Shown here piece after piece: positions 20,910 to 32,469 of a DNA stretch of 64,000 nt; positions within the stretch are counted from its first letter, which is position 1, and each line of letters starts with the position of its first letter. The DNA is from Alphaproteobacteria bacterium. GTDB taxonomy: Bacteria > Pseudomonadota > Alphaproteobacteria > SP197. The position numbers and the translations under genes are program-made. The stretch is taken from contig OZ219917.1 of assembly GCA_964291415.2 (NCBI GenBank), positions 192,001-256,000 on the forward strand. Reading direction: 5' to 3'. The notes beneath the pieces are model-generated. The model made no database searches. It saw only the letters and a program-made list of their open reading frames with translations, and had not been told where the DNA came from.

Positions 20910-22992
20910 TCAAGTGGAGAGGCCGAGGTCGCGTTTCTTGCTGGCGGCCCAGGCCTGGATGATGCGGTCGGCGATCATGGCCATGAGGGCCATGGATCCG
21001 CCGGCGATGACGCCCTGGCCGAACTTGGCGTTGGTGAGGCTGTCGTAGACCCACTGGCCGAGGCCCTTGGTGCCGACGAGGGCGGCGATGACGAGCATGG
21101 CGAGGGCGAACATCACGACCTGGTTGAGGCCGACCATGATCTCGGGGATGGCCAGCGGGAGCTTGACCTTCCAGAGGATCTGCCTCTCGGTGCAGCCCAT
21201 CATCCGGGCGGCCTCGATGGCGACCGGGTCGACGTGGCGGATGCCGTGCTCGGTGTAGCGGATGGCCGGCACGATGGCGTACATGATGATGGCGAGCAGC
21301 GCCGAGAAATCGCCCACCAGGAACACCATCACCACGGGGATGAGGAAGACGAAGAGCGGCATCGTCTGCAGGGTGTCGTTGATCGGCCGCAGGACGGCGG
21401 AGACGCGGTCGTTCTGCGCCGCCCAGATTCCTAAGGCCCCGCCGGCCACGAAGCAGATGATGACCGAGGTGGCGGTGAGATAGAACGACAGCATGGCCCT
21501 GTGGCCAGGCGCCGCTCACCAGCATGAAGATCATGCCGAGGAAGGCGAAGAGGGCAACCCTCCAGCCGCCGACCTGGAAGGCGATCAGGGTGACGGCGGC
21601 GATGAAGACGGGCCACGGCGTTCCGGACGAACCGTAGTAGAAGAGGATGCCCAGGAGCGCTGTGGCGACGGCGGCGCGCCAGCCGCCCAGCCGTGCCGCC
21701 AGGGAGCCGATGGCCACCAGGATCATCCAGTAGATGACGGACGCCAGCGCCGTCATCTCGAAGCCCCACGAGGTGGGCCGGGCAATCCTCTCGAGGCCCG
21801 CCTTCATGGGCAGCATGAAGAAATAGAGCGTATAGGTCTTGATGGCGTCCGTGGTGTCGAAGAAGTTGCGGGTGAACCAGGAGACCGCGGTGTTGAGTCT
21901 CTCGGCAGGATCGATGATCCATGCCTCGGGATAGGCGCTGAACACCGGCACCGCCCACGAGAGCAGCGTGCCGGCGGCGACCGCCGCTGCCATGGAGACA
22001 AGCATGGGATGCCGCGCGATGTAGTTGCCCGAACGACGCACGTGGATCTCTCCCGTTCGTTCGGCGAAGCCGCGGCTGATGCGGTCCATCATCATGGCGA
22101 TCAGCACGATGACCAGTCCGGCGAGGAGACTCTGGCCGGTCTGGGCCTTGCGCATCGTGGAGAGCACCTCCCAGCCGATATCGGCGAAGCCGCCGATGAT
22201 GGCGGCGATGATCACCATGGCGAGTGCCGCCATGATGGTCTGATTCACGCCGATCATGATCGTGTGCATCGCTGCCGGAACACGCACCATGAAGAGGAGC
22301 TGGAAACCGTTGCAGCCGGACATCTGACCGCTCTCGATGACATTGTCGGGAACCCTTTGGAGCCCCAGCATGAGGTTCCTCACCATGGGCGGGCTGGCGT
22401 AGATTGCCGAGGCCACCATGCCGACCACGGGCCCGATCCCGAAGAGAATGAGGATGGGAATGAGATAGGCGAACGTCGGCACCGTCTGCATCACGTCCAG
22501 CGTCGGTTCGATGACGCGCCGGGCCCAGCGGAACTGGAAACCGAGCAGTCCCATGATGAACCCGATCATGACCGAAAGCGGCACGGACATGCAGACCAGC
22601 GCCAGGGTCGACATGCTCTCGTCCCAGTATCCGACGACCACCATGTAGAGAAGCGAGGCGATGCAGAAGGCGGAGAGACGCCAGCCTTTGGCGGCGTAGG
22701 CGATGATCGCCACGATGGCGATCGTGACCGGCCACGGCGATGTCTGCAGCACGGCCTGGATTCCCCTCATCGGCCATTCGAGGGCATCGGAAATCAGGCG
22801 GAAGAGCGGCTTGAAGTTGGCCGTGAACCAGTCCATCAGAAACTCGAGGCCGGCCTCGATGGGAAGAATCCAGCCCGTGGGATACTTGACGAGCCATTTC
22901 GCGTCGTCACGCAGGACGAGGCAGAGGATCGCCAGGACGCCGAAGACCAGCCAGACCAGGAGCCTGGGCGGCAGCAGGCGCGCCGGGTTCAC
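20910..22992 (-). CDS. Glycine betaine/proline-type ABC permease (double ProW domain), one frameshift near 21495
   Basis: MQTVPTFAYLIP and LQTMPLFVFLIP motifs plus EAA loops. The two halves are in different frames. Confidence 0.88.
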
Positions 22993-24056
22993 GCGGCGTC
23001 CTCCCCGGCATGGCTGTCGGCGAGAGAGCTCAGGACCATCTGGGCGGTGATGCTGCCGACGATGGCGCCCTCCCCGTTCTTCACGGCGATGACGTCCGAG
23101 CCGCCGGCAAACCGCGGCATGATCTCTTCGAGCGTGGCATGCTCGTCGACCACGTCGTCGGTGGCGGGATGGGAGGCGTCAGCGGTGGCAATGTCGCCGG
23201 CGGTGATCACCTTCACCCGCGGCACGTCCTGGGTGAACTCGCTGACATAGTCGTCTGCCGGCTGCATCACCACCTCGGCGGGCGTGCCGATCTGCACGAT
23301 CCGTCCATCCTTCATGATGGCGATCCGGTCCGCCAGGCGCAGCGCCTCGAGGAAGTCGTGGGTGATGAAGACGATGGTCTTGTGGAGGAGTTGCTGAAGA
23401 CGCAGGAATTCGTCCTGCATCTGCCGGCGGATCAGCGGATCGAGAGCGGAGAAGGGCTCGTCGAGGAACCACAGCTCCGGTTCGACAGCCAGGCTCCTGG
23501 CGATCCCGACGCGCTGCTGCTGGCCGCCCGACAGCTGGCGCGGATAGCTCGTCTCGCGCCCTGCCAGCCCGACGAGCTCGATCATTTCCATCGCCCGGGC
23601 GCGCCTCTCTTCCTTGGAAATCCCCTGGATCTGCAGGGGAAAGGCGACGTTCTCGAGCACCGACAGGTGCGGCAGGAGACCGAAATTCTGGAACACCATG
23701 CCCATCTTGTGGCGGCGGATGTCGATCAGCTTGTCCCTGGAGACCTGCAGGAGGTCCTCGCCGTCGAGAATCACCTCTCCCGCGGTCGGCTCCACGAGCC
23801 GGGAGAGACAGCGCACGATGGTCGATTTCCCGGAACCCGACAGGCCCATGATGACGAAGATTTCGCCGATTTGGACATCGAACGTGACATCGCAGGCAGC
23901 ACCGATGTGGCCCGACTCGTTGATGGAGTCGACCAGGCTCCCGACATCGTCCACGTCGCCCTTGCGGGACGTGAAGAACCTGTCGGCCTCGGGGCCGTAC
24001 ACCTTCCAGACATGCCTGCAGGTCAGCTTGACTTCCTGGTCATCGGTTCCCGTCAT
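22989..24056 (-). CDS. Quaternary amine ABC transporter ATPase (ProV-like)
   Basis: MGLSGSGKST, LSGGQQQRVG and DEPFSALDPLIR motifs with a CBS-like tail. Confidence 0.93.
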   Translation of the reverse strand: MTGTDDQEVKLTCRHVWKVYGPEADRFFTSRKGDVDDVGSLVDSINESGHIGAACDVTFDVQIGEIFVIMGLSGSGKSTIVRCLSRLVEPTAGEVILDGEDLLQVSRDKLIDIRRHKMGMVFQNFGLLPHLSVLENVAFPLQIQGISKEERRARAMEMIELVGLAGRETSYPRQLSGGQQQRVGIARSLAVEPELWFLDEPFSALDPLIRRQMQDEFLRLQQLLHKTIVFITHDFLEALRLADRIAIMKDGRIVQIGTPAEVVMQPADDYVSEFTQDVPRVKVITAGDIATADASHPATDDVVDEHATLEEIMPRFAGGSDVIAVKNGEGAIVGSITAQMVLSSLADSHAGEDAA

Positions 24057-24226
24057 GATCTCCTCGCATCGGCCATGCCCCGCTCCCGGACCGTCCCTCG
24101 TTCCCCCAGGACAGAACAATCTATCCGGTCGGGCCACAAAACGCCATGATCCGGGCCAGCGGTCTCGACCGGCTCGGCGAAGAGGTGCAGTATGGGACGC
24201 CACATCGGGAGTCTGAATTCGAGGCC

Positions 24227-25360
24227 ATGCTCAGGACAGAGGACATCGAGGGCCTTGACAACCCGACAGCCGAGGCCCGCGGGCTGCCGGGACATGCCTA
24301 CACGAGCGAGGAGTTCGCCCGCCAGGAGCAGGCCCGGCTCTTCGCTCGGACCTGGACATTTGCCGGATATGCCCACGAGGTGCCGGATGCCGGATCCGTC
24401 ATGCCGAGGACACTGGCCGGTGTCCCTCTCCTCTTCACGCGCACCCGCGCCGGCGAAGTCAGGTGTTTCCACAACATCTGCACCCATCGGGGTACGCTGC
24501 TTGTCGACGAGGCGACGAACGGTCTTGCCACCCTGCGTTGCCGCTATCACGGCTGGACGTACGATCTCGACGGAGCGCTGCGCCTGACTCCCCACTGGGG
24601 CGGTCACAACCAGGCCCAGGCCGAAGGTTTCGAGAAGTCGTGCCACGGTCTCAAGCCCGTCCGCATGGCGCGCTGGTACGACTGGATCTTCGTCAACGTC
24701 GACGGCCTCGCCGAGCCCTTTGCCGACTACGCCGCACCTTTCATGACCCATGTCGCCGAGTACGACTTCGACGACGCCACCTGGGCGCTGACACTCCATT
24801 ACGACATCGCCGGCAACTGGAAACTGGTGGCCGAGAACTATCTCGAGACGCTCCATCTCGATTTCGTGCACACCCTGCTCGCCGAGGCGGCTCCCTTCCA
24901 GCAGCACGAGGTCATCGCCGACGGCGCCTGTCTGGGCACCATCATCAACGTCGGTTTGCCTGCCACCTGGACCAAGGCCGAGTCGCTGCCGCGCTGGCCG
25001 GGTATCGATGACGCCAACAGGACGGCCAAGAACCTGGCGCTCTTTCCCAACTTCAAGTTCGTGATCGGCCCCGACCATGCCTGCTCCATGGTGGAGTTTC
25101 CCGATGGCGCCGGCCAGTCCCACCAGCGCTGGGACTTCTATTTCCACGGCGACGGCGCCACGGCGCCTCGTTATGCCGATGCGAGGAAGGCGATCATCGA
25201 GTTCTTCGACACCACCAATGTCGAGGACTTCAATGCCGTGGAGGCGGTGCACAAGGGCCACATGTCACCGGCCATGCAGGGTGCCCGCTTCAACGGCATC
25301 TGGGAGGGAGGCGTGCATCACTTCCAGAAACTCGTTGCCCACTACATGAGCGAGCCATGA
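24227..25360 (+). CDS. Rieske non-heme iron oxygenase alpha subunit (choline monooxygenase/CntA-like)
   Basis: CTHRG...CRYHGW Rieske motif and NWKLVAENYLETLH..VH. Confidence 0.9.
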   Translation: MLRTEDIEGLDNPTAEARGLPGHAYTSEEFARQEQARLFARTWTFAGYAHEVPDAGSVMPRTLAGVPLLFTRTRAGEVRCFHNICTHRGTLLVDEATNGLATLRCRYHGWTYDLDGALRLTPHWGGHNQAQAEGFEKSCHGLKPVRMARWYDWIFVNVDGLAEPFADYAAPFMTHVAEYDFDDATWALTLHYDIAGNWKLVAENYLETLHLDFVHTLLAEAAPFQQHEVIADGACLGTIINVGLPATWTKAESLPRWPGIDDANRTAKNLALFPNFKFVIGPDHACSMVEFPDGAGQSHQRWDFYFHGDGATAPRYADARKAIIEFFDTTNVEDFNAVEAVHKGHMSPAMQGARFNGIWEGGVHHFQKLVAHYMSEP

Positions 25361-26238
25361 ACACAGACGTTTTCATCACCTGTGCCGTAACCGGCGCCGG
25401 GGACACCACGGACAAGAGTCCCCACGTGCCGGTGACGCCCGAGGCCATCGCCGATGCGGCCATCGAGGCCGCCCGCGCGGGTGCCGCCATTGCCCACATT
25501 CACGTGCGCGACGTGAAGACCGGCAAGGGCAACCGGGACAGGGACGCCTTCCGCGAGGTCGTGGCACGGGTGCGCGACAGCGAGTGCGACGTCATCCTCA
25601 ACCTGACCACGGGCATGGGTGGCGACTACGTGCCCGACACGGAAGATCCGGGGCGCGCGTCGCCGGAAAGCGACATGACGTCGCCCGAGGAGCGGGTGCT
25701 CCATGTCGAGGAACTGCTCCCGGAGATCTGCAGCCTCGATGTCGCCACCATGAACTTCACCGACGGCGCCTTCCTCAATGTCCCCGATCACCTGAGAGTC
25801 ATGGGCGAGCGCATCGCCAAGGCAGGCGTGAAGCCGGAACTCGAATGCTTCGATCTAGGTCATGTCAGGCTTGCCAACCAGCTCATCTCCGAGGGAGTCA
25901 TCGAGGAGCCGCCGCTCTTCCAGATCTGCCTCGGCGTTCCCTGGGGCGCTCCCGCGGATCCGGAATCGCTGATCGCCATGCGCAACCTCTTGCCGGCGAA
26001 TGCCCACTGGTCGGCCTTCGGGATCAGCCGCATGCAGATCCCCATGGCGGCACAGGCCGTGATCTCGGGCGGCAACGTGCGCGTCGGTCTCGAGGACAAT
26101 CTCTACCTGTCGCGAGGTGTGCTTGCGACCAACGGCCAGCTCGTGGAGCGCGCCGTCGAGGTCGTCGAACGCCTCGGCGCGCGGATCATGAGTCCAGCCG
26201 AGACGCGCCAGAAGCTGGGTTTGACGAAACAGTTCTGA
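25357..26238 (+). CDS. Beta-keto acid cleavage enzyme (BKACE/DUF849; 3-dehydrocarnitine cleavage-like)
   Basis: [15 protein letters not shown] and RVGLEDN motifs. Confidence 0.92.
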   Translation: MNTDVFITCAVTGAGDTTDKSPHVPVTPEAIADAAIEAARAGAAIAHIHVRDVKTGKGNRDRDAFREVVARVRDSECDVILNLTTGMGGDYVPDTEDPGRASPESDMTSPEERVLHVEELLPEICSLDVATMNFTDGAFLNVPDHLRVMGERIAKAGVKPELECFDLGHVRLANQLISEGVIEEPPLFQICLGVPWGAPADPESLIAMRNLLPANAHWSAFGISRMQIPMAAQAVISGGNVRVGLEDNLYLSRGVLATNGQLVERAVEVVERLGARIMSPAETRQKLGLTKQF

Positions 26239-26254
26239 CACAGGGCAGCGGATC

Positions 26255-26668
26255 ATGGTGGAGAAGATCGTCAGGACCGACGAGGAGTGGCGGGCCCAGC
26301 TGACCGAGGAGCAGTTCAGGGTCACGAGGCGCGCCGGAACGGAAAGACCGTTCACCGGGGCCTATCACGGAACCGGCGAACCGGGCCTCTATCGCTGTGT
26401 GTGCTGCGGTGCGGCGCTCTTCGAATCGGCGACCAAGTTCGAATCAGGCACCGGGTGGCCGAGTTTCTGGGCCCCGGTCGACGACGAGGCGGTCGAGCTC
26501 AGGTCCGACAGGAGCATCTTCTTCATGCCCCGGACCGAGGTGGTCTGCGCCCGCTGCGACGCCCATCTCGGCCATGTCTTCCCCGACGGGCCGCCCCCGA
26601 CCCACCAGCGCTACTGCATGAATTCGGCCGCCCTCACCCACGAGAAGGCGAACGACGGCGGGACGTGA
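26255..26668 (+). CDS. msrB: Peptide-methionine (R)-S-oxide reductase
   Basis: [26 protein letters not shown] and RYCMNS motifs. Confidence 0.97.
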   Translation: MVEKIVRTDEEWRAQLTEEQFRVTRRAGTERPFTGAYHGTGEPGLYRCVCCGAALFESATKFESGTGWPSFWAPVDDEAVELRSDRSIFFMPRTEVVCARCDAHLGHVFPDGPPPTHQRYCMNSAALTHEKANDGGT

Positions 26669-27675
26669 AGCCCGGGCCTCTCAATCTCATCACCGATGTC
26701 GATGGCATCCTCGTCGGTCAGGCGGAGGATCACCACGTCAGGACCGGTGTCACCGCCATCGTCCCCGCAGAACGCGTCACGGCCGCCGCCGACGTGCAGC
26801 GGCGGCGCCCCTGGCACACGCGAGACCGGCACGCTCCATGTCGCCAGCCTCGTTGACGCCGTGGACGCGGTCGTGCTCTCCGGCGGCTCGGTCTTCGGTC
26901 TCGATGCGGCGGGAGGCGCCGTGGCACGGCTGGCCGAAGAAGGGCGGGGATTTCCCACCTCCGCCGGCAGGATTCCGGTGGTGCCCGCGGCCATCCTCTT
27001 CGACCTCGCAAACGGCGGCGACAAGGCCTGGGGCCGTCAGTCTCCCTACCCTGATCTGGGTTACCGGGCGGTCCAGGCGGCGGCGCAGCGTTTCGAACTG
27101 GGCAACGCCGGCGCCGGTCTCGGCGCCAGTGCCGGAATCCTCAAAGGAGGAACGGGGAGCGCCTCGGCGGTCACCGACAGCGGTCTCCAGGTCGGAGCCC
27201 TCGTTGCGGTCAACGCTGTCGGATCGACGGTGATCCCCGGCACCTCGACGCTCTGGGCGGCACTCTTCGAACAGGCCGGCGAGATGGGGATGGCGCCACG
27301 CTCGCTGCCCGACCGGTCCGATGGACCTCGATGACAAGTTCAAGGGCTTCGCCGGCGAAAACACCACCATTGGCGTTGTTGCGACCAATGCGACTCTCGA
27401 CAAGGGAGCGCTCAATCGCATCGCCATCATGGCCCATGACGGGCTGGCCCGCGCCATCCGTCCCGTTCACACACCCTTCGACGGCGACACCTTGTTCGCG
27501 CTCGCCACGGCGAGGCACCCCGACGACCATCGATCCCGTCACGCTCGCACGCCTGGGCTCGATGGCGTCTGACTGCGTGACGAGGGCGACCGGAAGGGCC
27601 ATGGTAGCGGCCCTGACCCTTGACGGCATGACGAGCTACAGCGACTGGAGGGATGGCAGGTGCCAACAGCAGTGA
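26665..27675 (+). pseudogene. P1/DmpA family peptidase with about three frameshifts
   Basis: NLITDVDGILVG, GGAPGTRET, LSGGSVFGL, NTTIGVVATN and PFDGDTLF fall in different frames (shifts near 26797, 27310 and 27515). Confidence 0.85.
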
Positions 27676-28348
27676 TCACGGGGGCAAGCCGGGGGATCGG
27701 CCTCGAACTGGCGAGGCAGTACCTCGCCGACGGCTGGCTGGTCCATGCCGGGGCCCGCCGGCCCGATGACGCCCCGGGGCTTTCGGAACTGGCCTCTCCG
27801 CGACTTGTCGTCCACCGGCTCGACGTGACGCGCGGCGAGGATGCGGCCTCCCTTGCCACCTCGCTCGACGGGGCACCGGTCGACCTCCTCGTCAACAACG
27901 CCGGTATCTGGTTCGGTGACGACGAACTCTATGGCCGGTTCAGCGATGAGGCATGGATCGAGCAGTTCCGGGTCCACGTCTTCGGCACCATGACCATGGT
28001 GGCCGCTCTGCAGGACAACGTCGCGGCGAGCGAAGGGCGCACCATCATCAACATCTCGAGCGGCAGCGGCAGCTTTGGCTGGCAGGCCAAGTCGCCCGAC
28101 TACCCCTACAACTCCTCGAAGGCGGCGCTCAACATGCTGGCGCGGGGGCTGGCGGTGGATCTCCGGGCGAAAGGGATCATCGTCGTGAACTTCTCACCGG
28201 GGTTCGTTTCCACCGACATGACGGGCCATGACGCGGATCTCGATCCCGCCACCAGCGTTGCCGGCATGCGCCAGGTCATCGCCGGTCTCGATCAGCTGCC
28301 GCCAGCGGCTCGTTCCTGCGCTACAACGGCGAGGCCATGCCATGGTGA
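27660..28348 (+). CDS. Short-chain dehydrogenase (C-factor/CsgA-like), frameshift near C-terminus
   Basis: TGASRGIG, NNAG and YNSSK motifs. The true end SGSFLRYNGEAMPW* is in another frame. Confidence 0.85.
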
Positions 28349-28763
28349 AGACGGTCCTCATCACCGGAGCAAGCCGCGGCATCGGCCTCGAGTTCACAGG
28401 TCAGTATGCGACCGCTGGCTGGCAAGTCCACGCCTGCTGCCGCCGTCCGGGCGACGTCTCCTTCGACCATGGCGTCAACGTTCATGCGCTCGATGTCACC
28501 GACCAGGCGTCGATCGACGCCCTCGCCTCATCCCTCGACGGCACGGCCATCGATCTTCTCATCAACAACGCCGCAATCTTCGGCGGCCCTCACCAGGGCG
28601 TCGGTGACACATCCAACGACAATTGGGAGCTTGTAATGCGCACCAACGTCATCGCTCCCTTCAGGGTGACCGACGCGCTGAGGGGGCATCTTGCCCGGGC
28701 GTCCCAGCCCATTGTCGTGCACATCTCGAGTCTCGCCGGATCCATCGCCGACAACCGTTCCGG
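28342..28763 (+). pseudogene. Second SDR, truncated before the YxxxK motif
   Basis: MVKTVLITGASRGIG...[13 protein letters not shown], then runs directly into the antisense secA tail. Confidence 0.8.
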
Positions 28764-31499
28764 ATTTTGTCCGGTGTTGGCGGCAATCCTGCCGTGGCAC
28801 TGCTTGAACTTGCGTCCGGAACCGCAGGGGCAGCGTTCGTTGCGCCCTACCCGGCCCCACGTCGCCGGATCGGCGGGGTTGCGGTCGCTCTGCCTGACGC
28901 GGCGCATCGAGGCCGGCATCGGCCGCCAGCTGCTGCGTCCGGATGACGGCATCTCCGAAACACCGCGCGCTTCCTGCATGCGCCGCCGCGCCTCCTCCTG
29001 GCGCTGCGCCTCCATCTCCGCCGACGAGCGGATCTCGACCCTCATCAGGAGCTGGGTGACCGATTCGCGCACGGAATCCAGCAAATCGTCGAACAGGTTG
29101 AAGGCCTCCCGCTGGTACTCCCGCAGCGGATCCCGCTGTGCATAGCTTCTCAGCCCGACTGACTGCCTCAGGTGATCGAGAGCCAGCAGGTGGTCACGCC
29201 ATTTCTGGTCGATGACCTGAAGGAGCAGGCTCTTCTCGGCGATTCTCATCACCTCCGGCGTGAACTCCTCCTCCTTGCGGTTCATGGCCCCGTCGGCGGC
29301 GCCGAGAATGCGGTCGAGCACCTCCTCCTCGGCCATGCCTTCCTCGGCCGCCCAGTCGGTGACCGGAAGATCGAGCCCGAGAATGCGCCGGACGTCGTTC
29401 CCGAGACCCTCGATGTCCCAGTGTTCGGGGTAGGTGTCGGCGGGAATGGCGCGATTCACGCAGTCCTCGACGACTTCCCGGCGCATGTCCGTGATGGTTT
29501 CGGCGACTTCGCTCGCAGCCATCAGGTCGCGGCGCTGCTCGTAGATCACCTTGCGCTGGTCGTTCATGACGTTGTCGAAGCGCAGCAGCGTCTTGCGGAT
29601 CTCGAAGTTGCGCGCCTCGACCTTGCCCTGAGCCCTCTCGATCGCCTTGTTGACCCAGGAATGGGCAATCGCCTCGCCCTCCTCGAGACCGAGCTTCTGG
29701 AGCATGGTATCGAGCTTGTCGGACCCGAAGATGCGCATCAGGTCATCTTCCAGGGACAGCAGGAAGGTTGACGCTCCCGGATCGCCCTGACGACCCGAAC
29801 GGCCGCGCAGCTGGTTGTCGATGCGCCGGCTCTCGTGGCGTTCCGTGCCGACAATGTAGAGTCCGCCGGCCTCGAGGACCCGGTCACGCTCGCCGGCGAC
29901 CTCCGCGCGGATCTCCTCTTCCCGGCGCTGGCGTTCCGCTTCGTCGGCGATGTCGGCGAGTTCCTGGCCGATACGCGCGTCGGCATTGCCGCCAAGCTGG
30001 ATGTCGGTGCCCCTGCCCGCCATGTTCGTGGCGATGGTCACGCCGCCAAATCGTCCGGCCTGGGCGATGATGGCGGCTTCCTGCTCGTGGTAGCGGGCGT
30101 TCAGCACGTGGTGGTCGATCTTTTTCTTCTTCAGCTGGGCCGAGATCAGCTCCGACTTCTCGATCGACACGGTGCCGACGAGAACCGGTTGCCCGCGCTC
30201 GTGGCAGTCCTCGATCAGGCTGATGATCGCATCGTGCTTCTCGGCAACCGTGCGATAGACCTCGTCGTCGCCATCGGCGCGGATCATCGGCCGATGCGTC
30301 GGGATCTCGAGAACCTCGAGTCCGTAGATCTCGGCAAACTCGCCAGCCTCGGTCATCGCCGTGCCGGTCATGCCGGCCAGCTTGTCGTAGAGGCGGAAGT
30401 AGTTCTGGAAGGTGATGGAGGCCAGCGTCTGGTTCTCGGTCTGGATGGGCACCCGCTCCTTGGCCTCGAGGGCCTGGTGCAGGCCATCCGAGTAACGGCG
30501 GCCTTCCATCATGCGCCCGGTGAACTCGTCGATGATGATGACCTTGCCGTCCTTGACGATGTAATCGACGTCCCTGGTGAAGAGCTTGTGGGCGCGCAGC
30601 GCCTGGTTCAGGTGGTGCACGAGCGTGACGTTCTGGACGTCGTAGAGCGAGCCTTCCTCCATCAGGCCGGCGTCCTTCAACAGGGTCTCGACGGCATCGG
30701 AGCCCTCGTCGGTGAACGTCACGGCGCGGCGCTTCTCGTCCTTCTCGAAGGCGTCGTCGGGAAGACGGGGGATCAGCACATCCACCTTGCGGTAGACGTC
30801 CGACGTGTCCTGGGTCGGGCCGGAGATCACCAGGGGCGTCCTCGCCTCGTCCACCAGGATGCTGTCGATCTCGTCGACGATGGCGTAGTTCTGCCCGCGC
30901 TGGACCATGGTCTCCAGGGAGAACTTCATGTTGTCGCGCAGGTAATCGAAGCCGAATTCGTTGTTGGTGCCATAGGTGACGTCGCAGGCGTACTGCTCCT
31001 TGCGATCGGCATCCGACAGGCCCGAGACGATGCACCCCACACTCAGTCCCAGGAAGCGGTAGATCTCGCCCATCCAGTCGGCATCGCGGCGCGCCAGGTA
31101 GTCGTTCACCGTCACCACGTGAACACCCTTGCCATCGAGGGCATTGAGATAGACCGGGAGCGTCGCCACGAGGGTCTTTCCCTCGCCGGTCTTCATCTCG
31201 GCGATCTTGCCGTCGTGAAGCACCATGCCGCCCTGGATCTGGACGTCGAAATGGCGCTGGCCCAGGGTTCTCTTCGCCGCCTCGCGCACGGTCGCGAAGG
31301 CCTCGACGAGAAGATCGTCCCTGCGGGCGCCGTCGGCGAGACGCTGGCGGAACTCCTCGGTGCGGCCGGCGAGTTCGGCGTCGGCGAGCGCCTCCATCTC
31401 CGCTTCGAGCGCGTTGATACGGTCGACGGTCTTGCCGAGCTTCTTGATGATACGCGAATTGGCCGACCCGAAGAGCCGGTTCGCGAAGTTGCCAAGCAT
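28590..31499 (-). CDS. secA: Preprotein translocase ATPase SecA
   Basis: [40 protein letters not shown] and [18 protein letters not shown]. Has an abnormal read-through tail. Confidence 0.98.
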   Translation of the reverse strand: MLGNFANRLFGSANSRIIKKLGKTVDRINALEAEMEALADAELAGRTEEFRQRLADGARRDDLLVEAFATVREAAKRTLGQRHFDVQIQGGMVLHDGKIAEMKTGEGKTLVATLPVYLNALDGKGVHVVTVNDYLARRDADWMGEIYRFLGLSVGCIVSGLSDADRKEQYACDVTYGTNNEFGFDYLRDNMKFSLETMVQRGQNYAIVDEIDSILVDEARTPLVISGPTQDTSDVYRKVDVLIPRLPDDAFEKDEKRRAVTFTDEGSDAVETLLKDAGLMEEGSLYDVQNVTLVHHLNQALRAHKLFTRDVDYIVKDGKVIIIDEFTGRMMEGRRYSDGLHQALEAKERVPIQTENQTLASITFQNYFRLYDKLAGMTGTAMTEAGEFAEIYGLEVLEIPTHRPMIRADGDDEVYRTVAEKHDAIISLIEDCHERGQPVLVGTVSIEKSELISAQLKKKKIDHHVLNARYHEQEAAIIAQAGRFGGVTIATNMAGRGTDIQLGGNADARIGQELADIADEAERQRREEEIRAEVAGERDRVLEAGGLYIVGTERHESRRIDNQLRGRSGRQGDPGASTFLLSLEDDLMRIFGSDKLDTMLQKLGLEEGEAIAHSWVNKAIERAQGKVEARNFEIRKTLLRFDNVMNDQRKVIYEQRRDLMAASEVAETITDMRREVVEDCVNRAIPADTYPEHWDIEGLGNDVRRILGLDLPVTDWAAEEGMAEEEVLDRILGAADGAMNRKEEEFTPEVMRIAEKSLLLQVIDQKWRDHLLALDHLRQSVGLRSYAQRDPLREYQREAFNLFDDLLDSVRESVTQLLMRVEIRSSAEMEAQRQEEARRRMQEARGVSEMPSSGRSSWRPMPASMRRVRQSDRNPADPATWGRVGRNERCPCGSGRKFKQCHGRIAANTGQNPERLSAMDPARLEMCTTMGWDARARCPLSASVTLKGAMTLVRITSSQLSLDVSPTPW

Positions 31500-31647
31500 G
31501 GGAACCGTCTGCCTTCCGCCCTCAAATCTGGCGTCGTTCTTCTCTGAAACAGATAGGTCCGCGGTCAAAAACTGTCAATGTCGCCGGCATCGGCGCCGCG
31601 ACGCCTGTCGACCTTGTGCCGGTTCGCAAGATGTGGTCTCTGCGCGC

Positions 31648-32469
31648 ATGAACACTCTCTTCCGCACCCTCGCCTTCCTGCTCGTGACCGCGCCCGCGTT
31701 CGCCAGCGACCCGGTCGCCCGGATCAACGGCGACGAGATTTCCAGAGCCGATGTCGATGCCTTCGTGGCAGGTCTTCCGCCCGACGTGGCGGCCACTCCT
31801 CCCGCAGACCTGTGGATGCCGGTGATCGAGAGAATGATCAACGATCGCCTGTTCGTCGAGGAAGCGCGGCGGCTCGGCATCCAGGACACCGCCGGATTTC
31901 TCGCCGAGCGCGCACGTCTCGAAGAGGACCTGCTGCGGCGTTTCTATGCCGAATCGCTCGTCGCCCGGGCCGTCACGCAGGAGACCGTGGGCCAGGCCTA
32001 CGACGCATGGGCCGCCAGCGTGACGGCCCAAGGCCTTCCGCTCGAAGTCCATGCCAGTCACATCCTCGTTGCCACGTTCGACGAGGCGCAGGCGATCGCC
32101 CTCATGGCCCGGCAGGGCGAGGACTTTGCGGAACTGGCGCGAAGCCATTCGACCGGTCCGACAGGCCCGGCGGGCGGCGACCTCGGCTGGTTCGGGGCAG
32201 GCATGATGGTTGCCGAGTTCGAGGAGGCTGCCTGGGCTCTCGCTCCAGGCGAGGTCTCCGATCCGGTGGAGACGAGGTTCGGATGGCACGTCATCAAGGT
32301 CCACGACCGGCGAACCACGCACGTGCCCACGCGTGGCGAGGTGGAAGGAACTCTCCGCCAGGAGCTCGCCCGCCAGGCCATTGCCAACGACCTGCAGCGC
32401 CTCCGGTCGACGGCCACCATCGAGATCCTGACAGCGGTACCGCCGGACGACTTCGGAGGCGACGAATGA
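31648..32469 (+). CDS. Periplasmic PpiC-type peptidyl-prolyl isomerase
   Basis: Signal peptide. HASHILV, GGDLGWF and FGWHVIKV motifs. Confidence 0.93.
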   Translation: MNTLFRTLAFLLVTAPAFASDPVARINGDEISRADVDAFVAGLPPDVAATPPADLWMPVIERMINDRLFVEEARRLGIQDTAGFLAERARLEEDLLRRFYAESLVARAVTQETVGQAYDAWAASVTAQGLPLEVHASHILVATFDEAQAIALMARQGEDFAELARSHSTGPTGPAGGDLGWFGAGMMVAEFEEAAWALAPGEVSDPVETRFGWHVIKVHDRRTTHVPTRGEVEGTLRQELARQAIANDLQRLRSTATIEILTAVPPDDFGGDE

